This document shows positions 1 through 10,116 of a stretch of DNA of 64,000 bases, one piece after another. The DNA is taken from assembly GCA_041391385.1 (NCBI GenBank), contig JAWKOD010000003.1, positions 263,360 to 327,359 on the forward strand. Direction: 5' to 3'. Source of the stretch: Bdellovibrionota bacterium. GTDB taxonomy: Bacteria > Bdellovibrionota > UBA2428. The notes under the pieces are model-generated. The model was not told where the DNA came from, ran no database searches, and saw nothing but the letters and a program-made list of their open reading frames with translations. Made by a program: the position numbers and the translations under genes. Numbering within the stretch: the first letter of the stretch is position 1; each line of letters begins with the position of its first letter.

Positions 1-971
1 TATATTGCAAGCCAGGTTGCAGATTTTAGCGAACTCTTTAAAGACGACATCAAAAAATTTGAGTCCAAAGCACGTGACGAAGGTGTTGAAATTGAAAAAG
101 AAGAACAATTTCAGATACCACTTCTTATAGCAATTCTCCTTCTCCTTTTAGAAAGCTTCCTAACTGAAACAGGCGGCATATGGCCCCTATTTAAGAAAAA
201 ATACCTCAATTTTATCTGGCTTCTCTTCTTCCTCACCCCTCCCGCTCACTCCGTGGGACTTGTAGAAAGTCTAAAAAATAACTTTGGTGTTTTTCTATTT
301 GAAAACGGCAAATACGCTTCTTCCATAAAATGGTTTCAAGACAATATAGAATCATCACCCGACAGTAGATTTTTTCTCTACAATTGGTCTTCGGCAAAAT
401 TGAGTAAAATTGAGAAAGACCTTATTCAACTACAAGCCGAAGGAAAACTAAGCCCAGAAGCCATTGCATCAAGCCCCTCTGCTCTAGAAGCTGAGGAGAT
501 ATCGCATATGATTGAAAATGTCATAAAAAAAGAAAAGGACCCTTTTTGGAAAAAGAAATGGAACTTCCAACTTGGAAACGCCTATGAATTGAGTGGGAAA
601 AACAGTCCCGCTGTAAGCTCTTATTACGACGCACTTAAAGCACCTGCATCCGCTGAACTCGATACCGCATCCAAACATAATCTAGCGCGCCTACTTAAAA
701 ACACTAAGCAAGGTGGTGGAAATGGCCAAGGAAACTCAAGCGGCGGAGGAGGTAAGGTGAAGGCGGGGAGATCCCAACGAAGAACAGAGCAAAGGACAGT
801 CTAAAAAACCTCAAGACTACAAGGGAAAAAACTTCAATCCTGAACAAGTAAAGCAAATTCTTCAAAACGTTGGGAGTGAAGAACGCAATGTAATGAAGAA
901 AAAATCAAAAGAAGAATCTCAAAAACGATCCAAGGAAATGGGAGAAGGGACGTCAAACGATAGACCATGGT
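1..971 (+). CDS. Bat-operon-like TPR protein (BatC-like). It is 5'-partial (frame open from window start) with an apparent frameshift near 760–775.
   Basis: Frame 1 is open from base 1 to the stop at 802–804. The N-terminal part has two hydrophobic segments (IPLLIAILLLLLESFL and LNFIWLLFFLTPP) followed by TPR-like helices. At the G-run around 761–770 the reading shifts to a second frame (…KPQDYKGKNFNPEQVKQILQNV…) that ends at 969–971 and overlaps the ATG of the next gene (ATGGTAA coupling). The ORF track reports only 253..804. Confidence 0.35.
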
Positions 972-2823
972 AAAAGAAACAAAAAACTTTCTTTCTCTTC
1001 TTCTAGCTCTCGTTATCTTAAGCGCGAACGCAAGTGTAGAGGTTACAGCAAGCCCAGAAGAGAGTAATGGTGATCCTGTTGTTCTTAAGTTTCTTGCTAC
1101 AAACGAAGAGAACATTCCTGATGTACTTAATGTTCCAAACAATAGTTCTGATTGGAGAATCTCACCGCCATTCACCCAAAGCGCTAAAAGTTTTAGTGTG
1201 AATGGCCTCAGTATGGAGAGCCAATCTACAACGACAATAACCTTTTTTCTCTACCCACTCCGAAAAGGCCAACTGAAGCTACCCAATATCCAGATAAAGC
1301 TAGGAGACAAGGTCTATTCTGCTCCAGAAAAAAGTGTTCGTGTAACACAAACAACTCCAAAAAAACAACCCAATCAAAGAAGGAATTCGCCGCTTCAAGC
1401 AATCCCCGGCTTTCCTCTTTTCCCACTTGAAGACGAACTCCTCAACGAAGCCCCCACTGAAAACGAATCCAAATCACTAGACGTAGCCATTATTGCTGAA
1501 CCGAGCAAAGTTGAAGTCTACACTGGGGAGCTCATCACATTACCTTTCTATATTTACACAAATGAAAATATATTTAGAAATCTAGAATTTGCATCTTTCC
1601 CTACGTTTAAAGACTTCATCAAAGAAGAACTCTACCTACCCAAAAACTGGAGAACTGAGCGCACGAAGTACAGAGGTGAGAATTACTACAAAGCTGAGAT
1701 CATTCGTTTTGCGCTCTTCCCGGTTAAAGAAGGGAACTTGCTCATAGACCCTCTCAATATGCGATTTGAAATTGACGACTCTATCTTTAGCCTTCGAAAA
1801 CATTTCAATGGGCAAACAAGTAACGAAGAAAGCAACTTTTTACGCTCTTCTGGGTCTGTCCCTATTACAGTAAAACCCCTTCCACCCAAACCAGCTGCAA
1901 TCACTCAATCTGAAATCGCAGTTGGGAACTACACTATCAAACTCATAGCGCCGTCTGTCGAGCTGGTACAAAACGAGGCCTTTACCATTAAATTAAGAGT
2001 TGAAGGAAGAGGAAACATTAAAGGTATCCCTGAGCCTGAGCTCGACATCCCTTCTGGCATACAAAAAAGTAAGACGGAAACCGATTACTCTATCAATACA
2101 ATGTCCGAGGGATATAAAGATTTTGACCTATTACTCGTCCCCAGAACAAGTGGGACTCTTGTAATCCCAGAAAAGAAATGGGCCTACTTTGATCCTGACA
2201 AAAAAAGCTATGAACTTTTGCCCATTCCCAGAGTCGAGCTAAACGTTCTTCCTTCAAACAAAAAGAACAAGAGCATAGGCAGTGAAAAGAAGCTTCAAAA
2301 CCTAATTTTTTCTGGCAAACAACACTTTGAAAAAGAAAACACTCCTGACGTGAGCCCATGGCTTTGGTCAATTCCAGCCCTGATCTACCTTCTATCACTC
2401 GTATTTTTTATTCAACGACGTAGACTAGAAACAGAAGAAGAACTCATTCAAAGACAACCCTGGATCCCAATTGAAAGAAAGATACAACTTCAACATGATC
2501 TCAGTTCAAACGAAGCCCTTGGACTCGTTGAAGCTTGGATATTTAAACGCTTCCAAGTGTTAAAGCTCGAAGAAGTTGCCTTCGATGATTTTACACAAGC
2601 TCTCAGAAAACGCGTTCCAACTTCAACTGTAGCAAAAGTAGATAAACTCTATGAACGTTTTAGACTCATTGAATCCGCACGCTTTGGAACTAAAAGAAAA
2701 ACGAATACCCTCAATATATCTTTTGATGAAATTAAAAAATTATCCGAAGAAATTATTCAGGCCTGCTCATTATCGGATCAGTCAGCTCTAGACAAAATAA
2801 ACGAGGAAGATGACGACGACTAG
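967..2823 (+). CDS. BatD-like protein (oxygen-tolerance / aerotolerance operon family)
   Basis: The 618-aa product has an N-terminal signal peptide (LLLALVILSANASVEV), a long extracytoplasmic region, a single C-proximal TM helix (WLWSIPALIYLLSLVFFIQRR) and an acidic tail. Its start is translationally coupled to the preceding TPR gene. Confidence 0.4.
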   Translation: MVKETKNFLSLLLALVILSANASVEVTASPEESNGDPVVLKFLATNEENIPDVLNVPNNSSDWRISPPFTQSAKSFSVNGLSMESQSTTTITFFLYPLRKGQLKLPNIQIKLGDKVYSAPEKSVRVTQTTPKKQPNQRRNSPLQAIPGFPLFPLEDELLNEAPTENESKSLDVAIIAEPSKVEVYTGELITLPFYIYTNENIFRNLEFASFPTFKDFIKEELYLPKNWRTERTKYRGENYYKAEIIRFALFPVKEGNLLIDPLNMRFEIDDSIFSLRKHFNGQTSNEESNFLRSSGSVPITVKPLPPKPAAITQSEIAVGNYTIKLIAPSVELVQNEAFTIKLRVEGRGNIKGIPEPELDIPSGIQKSKTETDYSINTMSEGYKDFDLLLVPRTSGTLVIPEKKWAYFDPDKKSYELLPIPRVELNVLPSNKKNKSIGSEKKLQNLIFSGKQHFEKENTPDVSPWLWSIPALIYLLSLVFFIQRRRLETEEELIQRQPWIPIERKIQLQHDLSSNEALGLVEAWIFKRFQVLKLEEVAFDDFTQALRKRVPTSTVAKVDKLYERFRLIESARFGTKRKTNTLNISFDEIKKLSEEIIQACSLSDQSALDKINEEDDDD

Positions 2824-2858
2824 ACTCGTTAAAGGTCTCAGAAAAGTAAGCTTAACGC

Positions 2859-3263
2859 CTACTCTTCATCCGCTTTTTTAACTAAACGAAACTTGGCATC
2901 GAGTTTTGGAAGAGCAGACTTAGGAACCCAAGCACGTACTCCACTGCTTCGAACAATGACTGCAACCCACTTTTTGTTTCTTGAGAGCTTGAAAGGGGTA
3001 ACAATACTTTGAGATGGGATTTGAGATAAGACCTTTCCAGTTCGATCAGGGCGACTCCTTCCCTTCACTGAAAAAAGAGTTTTGACTAAGCCACTCCCAC
3101 CGCGCTCTTCTGGCTGCTCATTCGTAAAAGTAACGTTCTTATTCCGAAGGATTCGAACACCCTTAACTTTAGGGGGCGGAGGTAAAATCTGGTCCTCAAA
3201 AGGCCTTGCTTCTACAAAATTCAAGGAAAAGAAAAGTAAAAGGAATCCAAGAACTCTCATCAA
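2859..3263 (-). CDS. Small secreted hypothetical protein
   Basis: Signal peptide MMRVLGFLLLFFSLNFVEA and a PPPP motif. It sits last in a minus-strand gene string. Confidence 0.4.
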   Translation of the reverse strand: MMRVLGFLLLFFSLNFVEARPFEDQILPPPPKVKGVRILRNKNVTFTNEQPEERGGSGLVKTLFSVKGRSRPDRTGKVLSQIPSQSIVTPFKLSRNKKWVAVIVRSSGVRAWVPKSALPKLDAKFRLVKKADEE

Positions 3264-4081
3264 AAGCTAACCCCCAACTGAAGCTCCACTGAGGCTCTAG
3301 ATTGCGCAAAGAAATCGTAGGCACCCCTTAGGGTTAGATCAAAAGGACCAACAAATAAACCTGAGGCTAGTCCTAGAGAGAAATGATGTCTGTAATCACT
3401 ACGCACCTTATCTATAGAATAACCCATATCGGGCCCATACACGAAAGGTCCCCACAATGGGGCCCTCCATACATAGCGAGCAGCTGCACTAAAATCTGAC
3501 GAATGAGAACTAAATGGAGAAGGCAAAGAAGCCTCTACAGAAGCCCATGCGGGATCTACAGCAGAAGCTCGACCCAAGGCATGTAACCCTAAATTATAGT
3601 CAACCCTTAATCCCATTCTCGAAGAAGCTGGCTCTGCATCAGAAGTCCATTTTTGCAAAGGTGCAATTCTTAAGAATGGGCGAAATGATTCACTCCCCTG
3701 AGCTTTTGAAAGTTCAGAAATCATTTCTTCTCTAGATTTGTTTTTTTTATCTGGTACTTCTTTTGTTAAACGAGAAATCCTACGAATCTCCTCAATGCTT
3801 GATCGAGCCGACTCGACCTCTTTATAGTCAGTTCGACTTATAGGCATCCAACCAACAAGGCCATCCGCAGATCGTAACTTTACCCAAATACTTCTTTTAG
3901 ATTTTTCTAAGTATAAAAGTACAGTTCCCTCTTCAGCCTGAGCTAACTGCTTACTCTTAATGCTCGGACGTACAAATAAAGGGGTATCCTTTTTTACCTC
4001 TAACAAATATGGGACTTCTTTTGCCGAAAGACAAAGTATATTCAAAAAGAAAGCACACTTAATGAAAGGCCACGTCTTCAT
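3260..4081 (-). CDS. Secreted SH3b-like domain protein with a beta-rich C-terminal region ending in Phe (outer-membrane-protein-like)
   Basis: N-terminal signal peptide and an SH3-like segment (GTVLLYLEKSKRSIWVKLRSADGLVGWMPI). The C-terminus …VELQLGVSF ends in an aromatic residue, as in OMP beta-barrels. Confidence 0.4.
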   Translation of the reverse strand: MKTWPFIKCAFFLNILCLSAKEVPYLLEVKKDTPLFVRPSIKSKQLAQAEEGTVLLYLEKSKRSIWVKLRSADGLVGWMPISRTDYKEVESARSSIEEIRRISRLTKEVPDKKNKSREEMISELSKAQGSESFRPFLRIAPLQKWTSDAEPASSRMGLRVDYNLGLHALGRASAVDPAWASVEASLPSPFSSHSSDFSAAARYVWRAPLWGPFVYGPDMGYSIDKVRSDYRHHFSLGLASGLFVGPFDLTLRGAYDFFAQSRASVELQLGVSF

Positions 4082-5150
4082 GCCATCGCCCCTTCCACTC
4101 TCTCAATAAAGCCCGAGTCCTTACTATTGACTCGTCTTCACCCTTCTTAAGCTCAATAGCCGCATAATTAAATTTTGTATGCCTTCCCAAGCTACTCAAC
4201 TCTAGACTCGTTACTTCAGTCCAAGTTCCCGTATTAAAGTACTTTTTTGCTTCGTGATATTGTCGACTTTCATAAACATGAGTGTGCCCCATTACAACAG
4301 TATGAACTTCTCTATTTTTTGTTAGAATAGATTTCGCTGCATCTTCTAATTTAGGAGCATTAAAAAGCTCCCCCATCATCTTCAGAGTAGTTACAAGATT
4401 TGAAGTTCTATAAATCGACTTTGAAAAACGTGTACCAAAAAAATAAAGAAGTACTTTTAGAAGATTCTTCAGACACCATGAGGTGTCATGCAAGAGACTC
4501 CATCGAATAAACGCCTGAACAGGCCTCACCCTATCAACAGCCATCCGTTGTAATTTAATAGGAGTTACAAAGTTAATTACAAAGTGACTCCCCCAGGGCA
4601 AATTGATAATGGGTTCTTTCAGATTCTTAGTAATAAACATTTGTTTAGGATTGAGCCTGTTAAGGTTCTCAAATTGTTGCCCATGTTCGATATGAACTCC
4701 ATCATCAATGTAACTAAAATTAAAAAACTGTATATCAGCACCAATAACCCTACACAAAAGTTCCTGACAGCGTCCCCAAATCATTTCAACGTCGTGGTTT
4801 CCAACGACATAAGTAATTTTATGATTAGGTGAGGCAGCAAAGCGCCGCAAAGCTTCGACAAAAACAGGATGTCCATCCAGCACGCTCTGCAGTTTCTCAA
4901 CAGAAATTCCTTCAGTTAAAATAGGAGAAAAATACCCCCTATAATCAACTCGGATTAAATCAAAAATATCACCGTTTAAGACAAGCTCAACTTCAGCATC
5001 TCTGTATTCAGCCTCGCTATAAAACTTTAAAAACTCATCCCATTGCCTATCAGCAAAAAACTCTTCATGGATATTGGCTGAGCCATCACGCAAAAAAGCG
5101 CCTTTTCCGAGGTGAAAATCTGAAACTACTAGCTTAACCTTCCTAGTCAT
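4059..5150 (-). CDS. Calcineurin-like metallophosphoesterase
   Basis: Full motif set is present: VVSDFHLG (DxH), GDIFDLIR (GDxxD), GNHD and GHTH. Confidence 0.75.
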   Translation of the reverse strand: MTRKVKLVVSDFHLGKGAFLRDGSANIHEEFFADRQWDEFLKFYSEAEYRDAEVELVLNGDIFDLIRVDYRGYFSPILTEGISVEKLQSVLDGHPVFVEALRRFAASPNHKITYVVGNHDVEMIWGRCQELLCRVIGADIQFFNFSYIDDGVHIEHGQQFENLNRLNPKQMFITKNLKEPIINLPWGSHFVINFVTPIKLQRMAVDRVRPVQAFIRWSLLHDTSWCLKNLLKVLLYFFGTRFSKSIYRTSNLVTTLKMMGELFNAPKLEDAAKSILTKNREVHTVVMGHTHVYESRQYHEAKKYFNTGTWTEVTSLELSSLGRHTKFNYAAIELKKGEDESIVRTRALLREWKGRWHEDVAFH

Positions 5151-5158
5151 TTAATCCT

Positions 5159-6790
5159 CTAAGCTGCTTTATCTTTATCGTCTTGAAGCATTACATCTTC
5201 TTCGAGTCCAGAGAGAATACTTTGAGCCAATTTTAAAGATTGAAGTGCTCTACCGACTCGCTTTCTTCTTTCTTCACTCTTAGAAGCTTCCTCCATAAGA
5301 CGCTCTTTAAATGCGTCTAAATCAAACTCAAGTCGGTCCATTTCTCTCTTTTGGTTCAAAAGACGTTCGTCCTTTGCACTCAATAAAGCCTCAGCATCTC
5401 TCTTCTGAATTTCAAGTCGACTCGCTAGTTCACGTTCCCTAGAACGAATCTTTTGTAAATCGTTTCGCACTCTCTCTCTAAAGTCGATTAATTTTTTATC
5501 TAATTTGCCTGCTTGAAATTGTGCACTCTCTAATTGCACCGACAATTCCTTTATTTTTTCTTCATAGCGACTTTCTATGCCTTTAAGCTGAGCTCTATTC
5601 TCATCCTTCTTATCAGCAACGGTTCGCAATTCATTATCCGTTTCTTCTAGCTTTAAAATAAGCTTTCTACGCTCTTCTTCACTTTTCTTAAGTCTTTCAT
5701 CAAAATATTTAATTTGTCGTCTCAAAGCCTCAGCTGCTGCCTGCGACTCTCTAAGCTCACGTTCCTTAATACTTGAGTAACGCTTGAGCACTTCCATGTC
5801 CTCACTTGAAACACTTGGGCTCATAGCTGAAATCAGTTGACTCACCTCAACAGAAGAAGCGAGACCTGCCTTGCTCTTATCCTCAGCATCACCAAAGCCT
5901 AGAGGAGAAGTTTGCTCTGGAGGCTTAACAGCTTGCTCAATCGACAGCTCTTCATCTGCCTCAAGAGAAACTGGTTGTATCACCTTAGTTTTCTGCTCTG
6001 AAGCTACATTTAAGGATAAATCTACATTTTCCTCTTTATTATCGACCTCATTTGGTAAATCCGCTGCAAGGCCCATTTCTTCGTCGAAAATATCTTCAAG
6101 CGAGTCCATTTCTTCTGAAGCTACAAGCTCAGTCTTTTCTCCTGCAGATGGTACAACAGTATCGTCTTCAGCATGAACAGCAACAACCTCCGACTCTATC
6201 TCATCAATTGCAGTAACCTGCTCTTTCTTATCAAGCTCTGGCACCTTAACTTCAATATTTGGCTCTTCTTCAACGACAGATTCTTTTTCGCTATGCTCAA
6301 TCATACTGGCAAGCTGATCAGCATCGGCCATCAATAAATTACCATCAATCAAAGACCCTTTGTTCTCTTCAATAGCACGAGATACTTCACTTGCGAGGTT
6401 CACATCAAAAATAAAGGCGTCTTCAATAACCTGAGACCCTTCCCACAAACCTGTAGTTTTTAAAAAATCTAACTCATCAGCTCCCCAAGCAATCTGCTTT
6501 GGAACTGCATTCGCATTAACAATATCTGAAAAAACATAGACTAAGGACAACTGCCCCTCATTTAGGCTAGCCCCTAACTCAGATAAGACATTTTCTGGAT
6601 TTAAGTTCTTAGCAAAAAGCATACGCTCGTACGCCGATAGCTTTTCAGCTACTTTTTTTATTTCTTCAGCATCCTTTTTAGGGTCATAAAGCGTTGTACT
6701 AATGGAGTGGCTTTTAAGGCTTTCGAGTAATGCTGTAAACCAAGCATCACCCCAAAGCTCTTCATTTCCCACGAAATAAAGAGTTTTCAT
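5159..6790 (-). CDS. Coiled-coil protein with an N-terminal globular domain and acidic linker (scaffold or filament-like)
   Basis: The C-terminal ~250 aa are a heptad-rich, highly charged region (KYFDERLKKSEEERRKLILKLEETDNELR…). It lies downstream of the histidine kinase on the same strand. Confidence 0.45.
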   Translation of the reverse strand: MKTLYFVGNEELWGDAWFTALLESLKSHSISTTLYDPKKDAEEIKKVAEKLSAYERMLFAKNLNPENVLSELGASLNEGQLSLVYVFSDIVNANAVPKQIAWGADELDFLKTTGLWEGSQVIEDAFIFDVNLASEVSRAIEENKGSLIDGNLLMADADQLASMIEHSEKESVVEEEPNIEVKVPELDKKEQVTAIDEIESEVVAVHAEDDTVVPSAGEKTELVASEEMDSLEDIFDEEMGLAADLPNEVDNKEENVDLSLNVASEQKTKVIQPVSLEADEELSIEQAVKPPEQTSPLGFGDAEDKSKAGLASSVEVSQLISAMSPSVSSEDMEVLKRYSSIKERELRESQAAAEALRRQIKYFDERLKKSEEERRKLILKLEETDNELRTVADKKDENRAQLKGIESRYEEKIKELSVQLESAQFQAGKLDKKLIDFRERVRNDLQKIRSRERELASRLEIQKRDAEALLSAKDERLLNQKREMDRLEFDLDAFKERLMEEASKSEERRKRVGRALQSLKLAQSILSGLEEDVMLQDDKDKAA

Positions 6791-6873
6791 AGAGTATTTA
6801 TCGGTAAATTCTAGAAAATCCCAACCCTTAAAAGCTCAAAAAAGCTCCGTTAACTTTTTGACAGGTCCCTGAA

Positions 6874-7697
6874 CTACTTAACTAGAGGCAAAGAAAACAC
6901 AAAATGAACGCCCTCTCCACTTTCGGTGTCAACAAGCCGTAGATCGCCCCCCATCTCTTGGGCAAGCGCTCGGCTCAAAAATAAGCCTAAACCAGAATTT
7001 TTAGGATTTATTGGAGCTTCTTGCTGCTCACTCATTTCAGCAGTTTCAAAAACGGCACTAATACTACCCTTCGTTGAAAAGAAGGGTTGAAAAATATACG
7101 GCCGGTGAGTTTTAGAAATGCCAGGACCATTATCCCTATAATGAACATGAACCATTCCCTCTGTAACTTCTGTTTGTATAGTTAACTTAGGACTTTCTAT
7201 TGATTGACGTTCTAAAACTTCAAAAGAATTCTTAATAAGATTCGAAAATATTTCAATGAGTGCACTTGCATCCAAATAGACCTTAGAAAATGACTCCTCG
7301 AAATCTAGCTGAATTCCGCTCTTGGCCGCCCTGTTCATCCATAGCTTTTTAAGCTCCTCAAAAAGATCCTTTAATTCAAAAATTGCCTTCCCCTCTTCTC
7401 GAGGCTGAACAATTCCTGAAGTGACTTCGTGATCTGCGCGCAACGTAAACAGGCGATCCGGATTACCTCAAGAGCATCTTTCATATCTTCTGGAGTTTGG
7501 CTCTCAAGCGCCCAATCCGCATGGCCGAGTGCTGCACCCAAAATATTGTTGAATTCATGCGCCACCCCCAAAGCCAGCAAGTCCATACGTACTGGATCTT
7601 GATTTGACTGCCAATTTCTAACTATTTCAAAACGAAGTCTCTCCGCAGCTAAAGCTTGACGTTTCCAATTTATGCGCTTCTTCGCTCCAACACTCAT
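6874..7697 (-). CDS. Cytoplasmic sensor histidine kinase (HisKA + HATPase_c), split into two ORFs by a frameshift at about 7371–7443
   Basis: The upstream ORF carries the H-box (HEFNNILGAALGH). The downstream ORF carries the N, G1 and G2 boxes (DNGPGI, GLGL). The two overlap in different frames. No TM segments and no adjacent response regulator. Confidence 0.7.
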
Positions 7698-7772
7698 GAC
7701 TCTATTGTCTAGCTAAATGAATATGAAAAAAAGTCCCTATTAAGATTTGTCACTTAAGGTTATAAATGTCTT

Positions 7773-9092
7773 ATGGATTCAGATCGTCTAATTGTTGTCG
7801 GTGCTGGTTATGTTGGACTTGTAGCAGGGACTTGTTTTGCAAGTGCTGGGTACAAAGTAGGAGTTGTTGAAAACAACGCACAAAAGCTACTCTCACTTAA
7901 AGAAGGTATTTGTCCCTTTTATGAACCCTCTCTTTCCGAACTCATGAAAGAAGGCATTAACGCTGGAAAACTAAAGTTTTATGCAGATCAAAAATCTGCC
8001 ATTCAAGAGTTGAACCCAAACTTTATTTTTTGTGCTGTAGGAACTCCAGAAAGTCCCGATGGAAGTGCAAATTTAAAATATGTAGAAGAAGCACTCAAAG
8101 AATCCCTTAGCATTGAGACTAAAGAAGATCTTTATTTTGTTCTCAAATCAACAGTTCCCGTAGGAACAGGAAAAAAGCTTCAAGAAATTGCCCAAGAAAA
8201 AACAAATGGAAAACTTTGGGTTGTAAATAACCCCGAATTTTTACGCGAAGGCACTGCAGTCTCAGACTTTATTCGTCCCGAAAGAGTTGTTTTAGGTGGC
8301 GCACCCGAAGCTGTGAACGCCGTAGCAAAGCTTTATGAAAGCTTCTTGCTCAACAACCGCCCTCTTATAAAAACAGATTCCACGAGTGCAGAGCTCGGAA
8401 AACTTGCCGCAAATCTTATGCTCGCTTCTCGTATTAGTTTAGTGAACCAAGTTGCTCGTCTCTCTTCAGCAACTGGCGGGAACATTCGCGCAATTGAGAG
8501 AATCCTACAAACTGATTCTAGAATAGGCTCAAAATATCTTTATGCTGGACTTGGATTTGGCGGAAGCTGTTTTCCCAAAGACATCAAAAACTTTATTCAC
8601 CTTTGTGGCGTCCATGGTGTTGAAAGCTCAATCGCGCAGTCCATTGACACGTTTAACGATGAACAAAAACTCTTTTTCATGAAAGACATTCAAAAAGAGT
8701 TTCCGAATCCCAAAGAAACAACCATCTCACTCCTTGGACTTGCTTTTAAGCCCGACACGGATGACATAAGAGAAAGTCCAGCTCTTTCTATCGCAGAATA
8801 CCTCTACAACGCGGGATACAAAGTAAAAGTTTACGATCCTAAAGCTATGGGAAACTTTAAAGCTTGGGCTAAACATTTAAAAGATCTCTCTTATTGCTCG
8901 AATGCATCAGATTGCCTAAAGGATGCAAAAGCCGTAATCTTGGTAACTGAGTGGCAAGAATTTCAACGATTAAGTGCTGATAAATTTAAATCCCTCTTCA
9001 AAGGCTCGCACATCTACGACGGAAAAAATGTCTTAGCTGGAGAAGAGCTCAAGAAAGCCGGATTTACTTACAAGGGAATTGGACAAAGTTAA
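7773..9092 (+). CDS. ugd: UDP-glucose 6-dehydrogenase
   Basis: N-terminal Rossmann motif VVGAGYVGLV, catalytic region GFGGSCFPKD, 439 aa. Confidence 0.85.
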   Translation: MDSDRLIVVGAGYVGLVAGTCFASAGYKVGVVENNAQKLLSLKEGICPFYEPSLSELMKEGINAGKLKFYADQKSAIQELNPNFIFCAVGTPESPDGSANLKYVEEALKESLSIETKEDLYFVLKSTVPVGTGKKLQEIAQEKTNGKLWVVNNPEFLREGTAVSDFIRPERVVLGGAPEAVNAVAKLYESFLLNNRPLIKTDSTSAELGKLAANLMLASRISLVNQVARLSSATGGNIRAIERILQTDSRIGSKYLYAGLGFGGSCFPKDIKNFIHLCGVHGVESSIAQSIDTFNDEQKLFFMKDIQKEFPNPKETTISLLGLAFKPDTDDIRESPALSIAEYLYNAGYKVKVYDPKAMGNFKAWAKHLKDLSYCSNASDCLKDAKAVILVTEWQEFQRLSADKFKSLFKGSHIYDGKNVLAGEELKKAGFTYKGIGQS

Positions 9093-9114
9093 TCTATGAA
9101 TAAAGCACGCAATA

Positions 9115-10116
9115 CTAAGTGCTTAGTTTAGAAAAACTTCCAGCTGCTAGAAACTTAGGCATCAGTGCTTCGTTTTTCTCAGTAACTGCCGCTGCAATTG
9201 CAGAGAGTTTTTCAACACATTCCATACCAACTGCCGCTTGAGCTTCGCGTGTAGAAGCTGCAATATGTGGTGTTGCGATAACTCGTGGATGCTCAAGCAA
9301 AGCTTTGCTCATAGGATTGTCAAAGCTAAAGGGCTCTGTTTCATAAACATCTAAAGCCGCGGCTGCCAAATGGCCTTCTTGAAGAGCACGCAAAAGATCA
9401 GCTTCAACAATAATCCCACCACGAGCTGCATTTACAAGATAAGAACCTTTTTTCATTTTCATCATACGATCATAATTAAAAAATCCCTTTGTTTCTGAAG
9501 TCATTGGCGTATGAATTGTAATGACATCTGACTTCGACAAAAGCTCATCAGCACTCAACAACTCTGCACCTTCAGGAGTAACCTTTAGATAGGGATCAAA
9601 TATTCCAACCTTCATTCCAGCAGCACTCGCAATTTTAACCACACGAGAGCCGATATTTCCGCAGCCATAAAGCCCTAGATAAGTTCCTTGAATCTGACGC
9701 CCTAAACTAGACGCTTCTTTTTTAGCCCAAACACCAAGACGACTTGCGGAATGGCTAAATGGAATCGCCCTCAAAAGAGAAAAAGTAAGTGCTATGGCAT
9801 GCTCTGCAGTTGCTAAAAAATTACCTGTAGGTGCGTTCCAAACATAGACCCCGCTCTTCTTTGCTGCCTCAAGATCAACGTTATCAATTCCAACTCCAGC
9901 ACGAATAACACCTTTTAAGTTTGGAAGTGCCTCAAAGTCAGCTGCTTTAATCTTAGTTGCAGAACGCAAAATAATAAAATCTGCAGATTTTGCAATGGCA
10001 TGAAATTCTTCTCTTGGAGTTTCTTTTCTAACCTCTAATTCAAAATAAGAATTCTTTTTTAAAGCCTCTGCAGCGATTTGGTCCATTCCATCAGTAGCAA
10101 GAACTTTAAACTTCAT
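9115..10116 (-). CDS. serA: D-isomer-specific 2-hydroxyacid dehydrogenase; likely short-form D-3-phosphoglycerate dehydrogenase
   Basis: NAD-binding motif GLYGCGNIGSRV, catalytic His/Glu region and 333 aa with no ACT domain. It is adjacent to and co-directional with the class-V aminotransferase. Confidence 0.65.
   Translation of the reverse strand: MKFKVLATDGMDQIAAEALKKNSYFELEVRKETPREEFHAIAKSADFIILRSATKIKAADFEALPNLKGVIRAGVGIDNVDLEAAKKSGVYVWNAPTGNFLATAEHAIALTFSLLRAIPFSHSASRLGVWAKKEASSLGRQIQGTYLGLYGCGNIGSRVVKIASAAGMKVGIFDPYLKVTPEGAELLSADELLSKSDVITIHTPMTSETKGFFNYDRMMKMKKGSYLVNAARGGIIVEADLLRALQEGHLAAAALDVYETEPFSFDNPMSKALLEHPRVIATPHIAASTREAQAAVGMECVEKLSAIAAAVTEKNEALMPKFLAAGSFSKLST

Noticed and set aside
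484-678. A set of short antisense or embedded ORFs from the six-frame track (for example 484..678, 834..1175, 1226..1426, 5871..6176, 10464..10679, 12566..12922, 26208..26499, 48165..48674, 51867..52259, 60606..61361)
   Set aside because: They lie inside, and antisense to or out of frame with, long well-supported genes, and they have low-complexity or biased composition and no motifs. They are most likely spurious.
9103-9124. AAGCAC-N10-GTGCTT hairpin between the convergent ugd and serA genes
   Set aside because: The stem is only 6 bp with no flanking U-tract, and it overlaps the serA stop. It is too weak to call a terminator.
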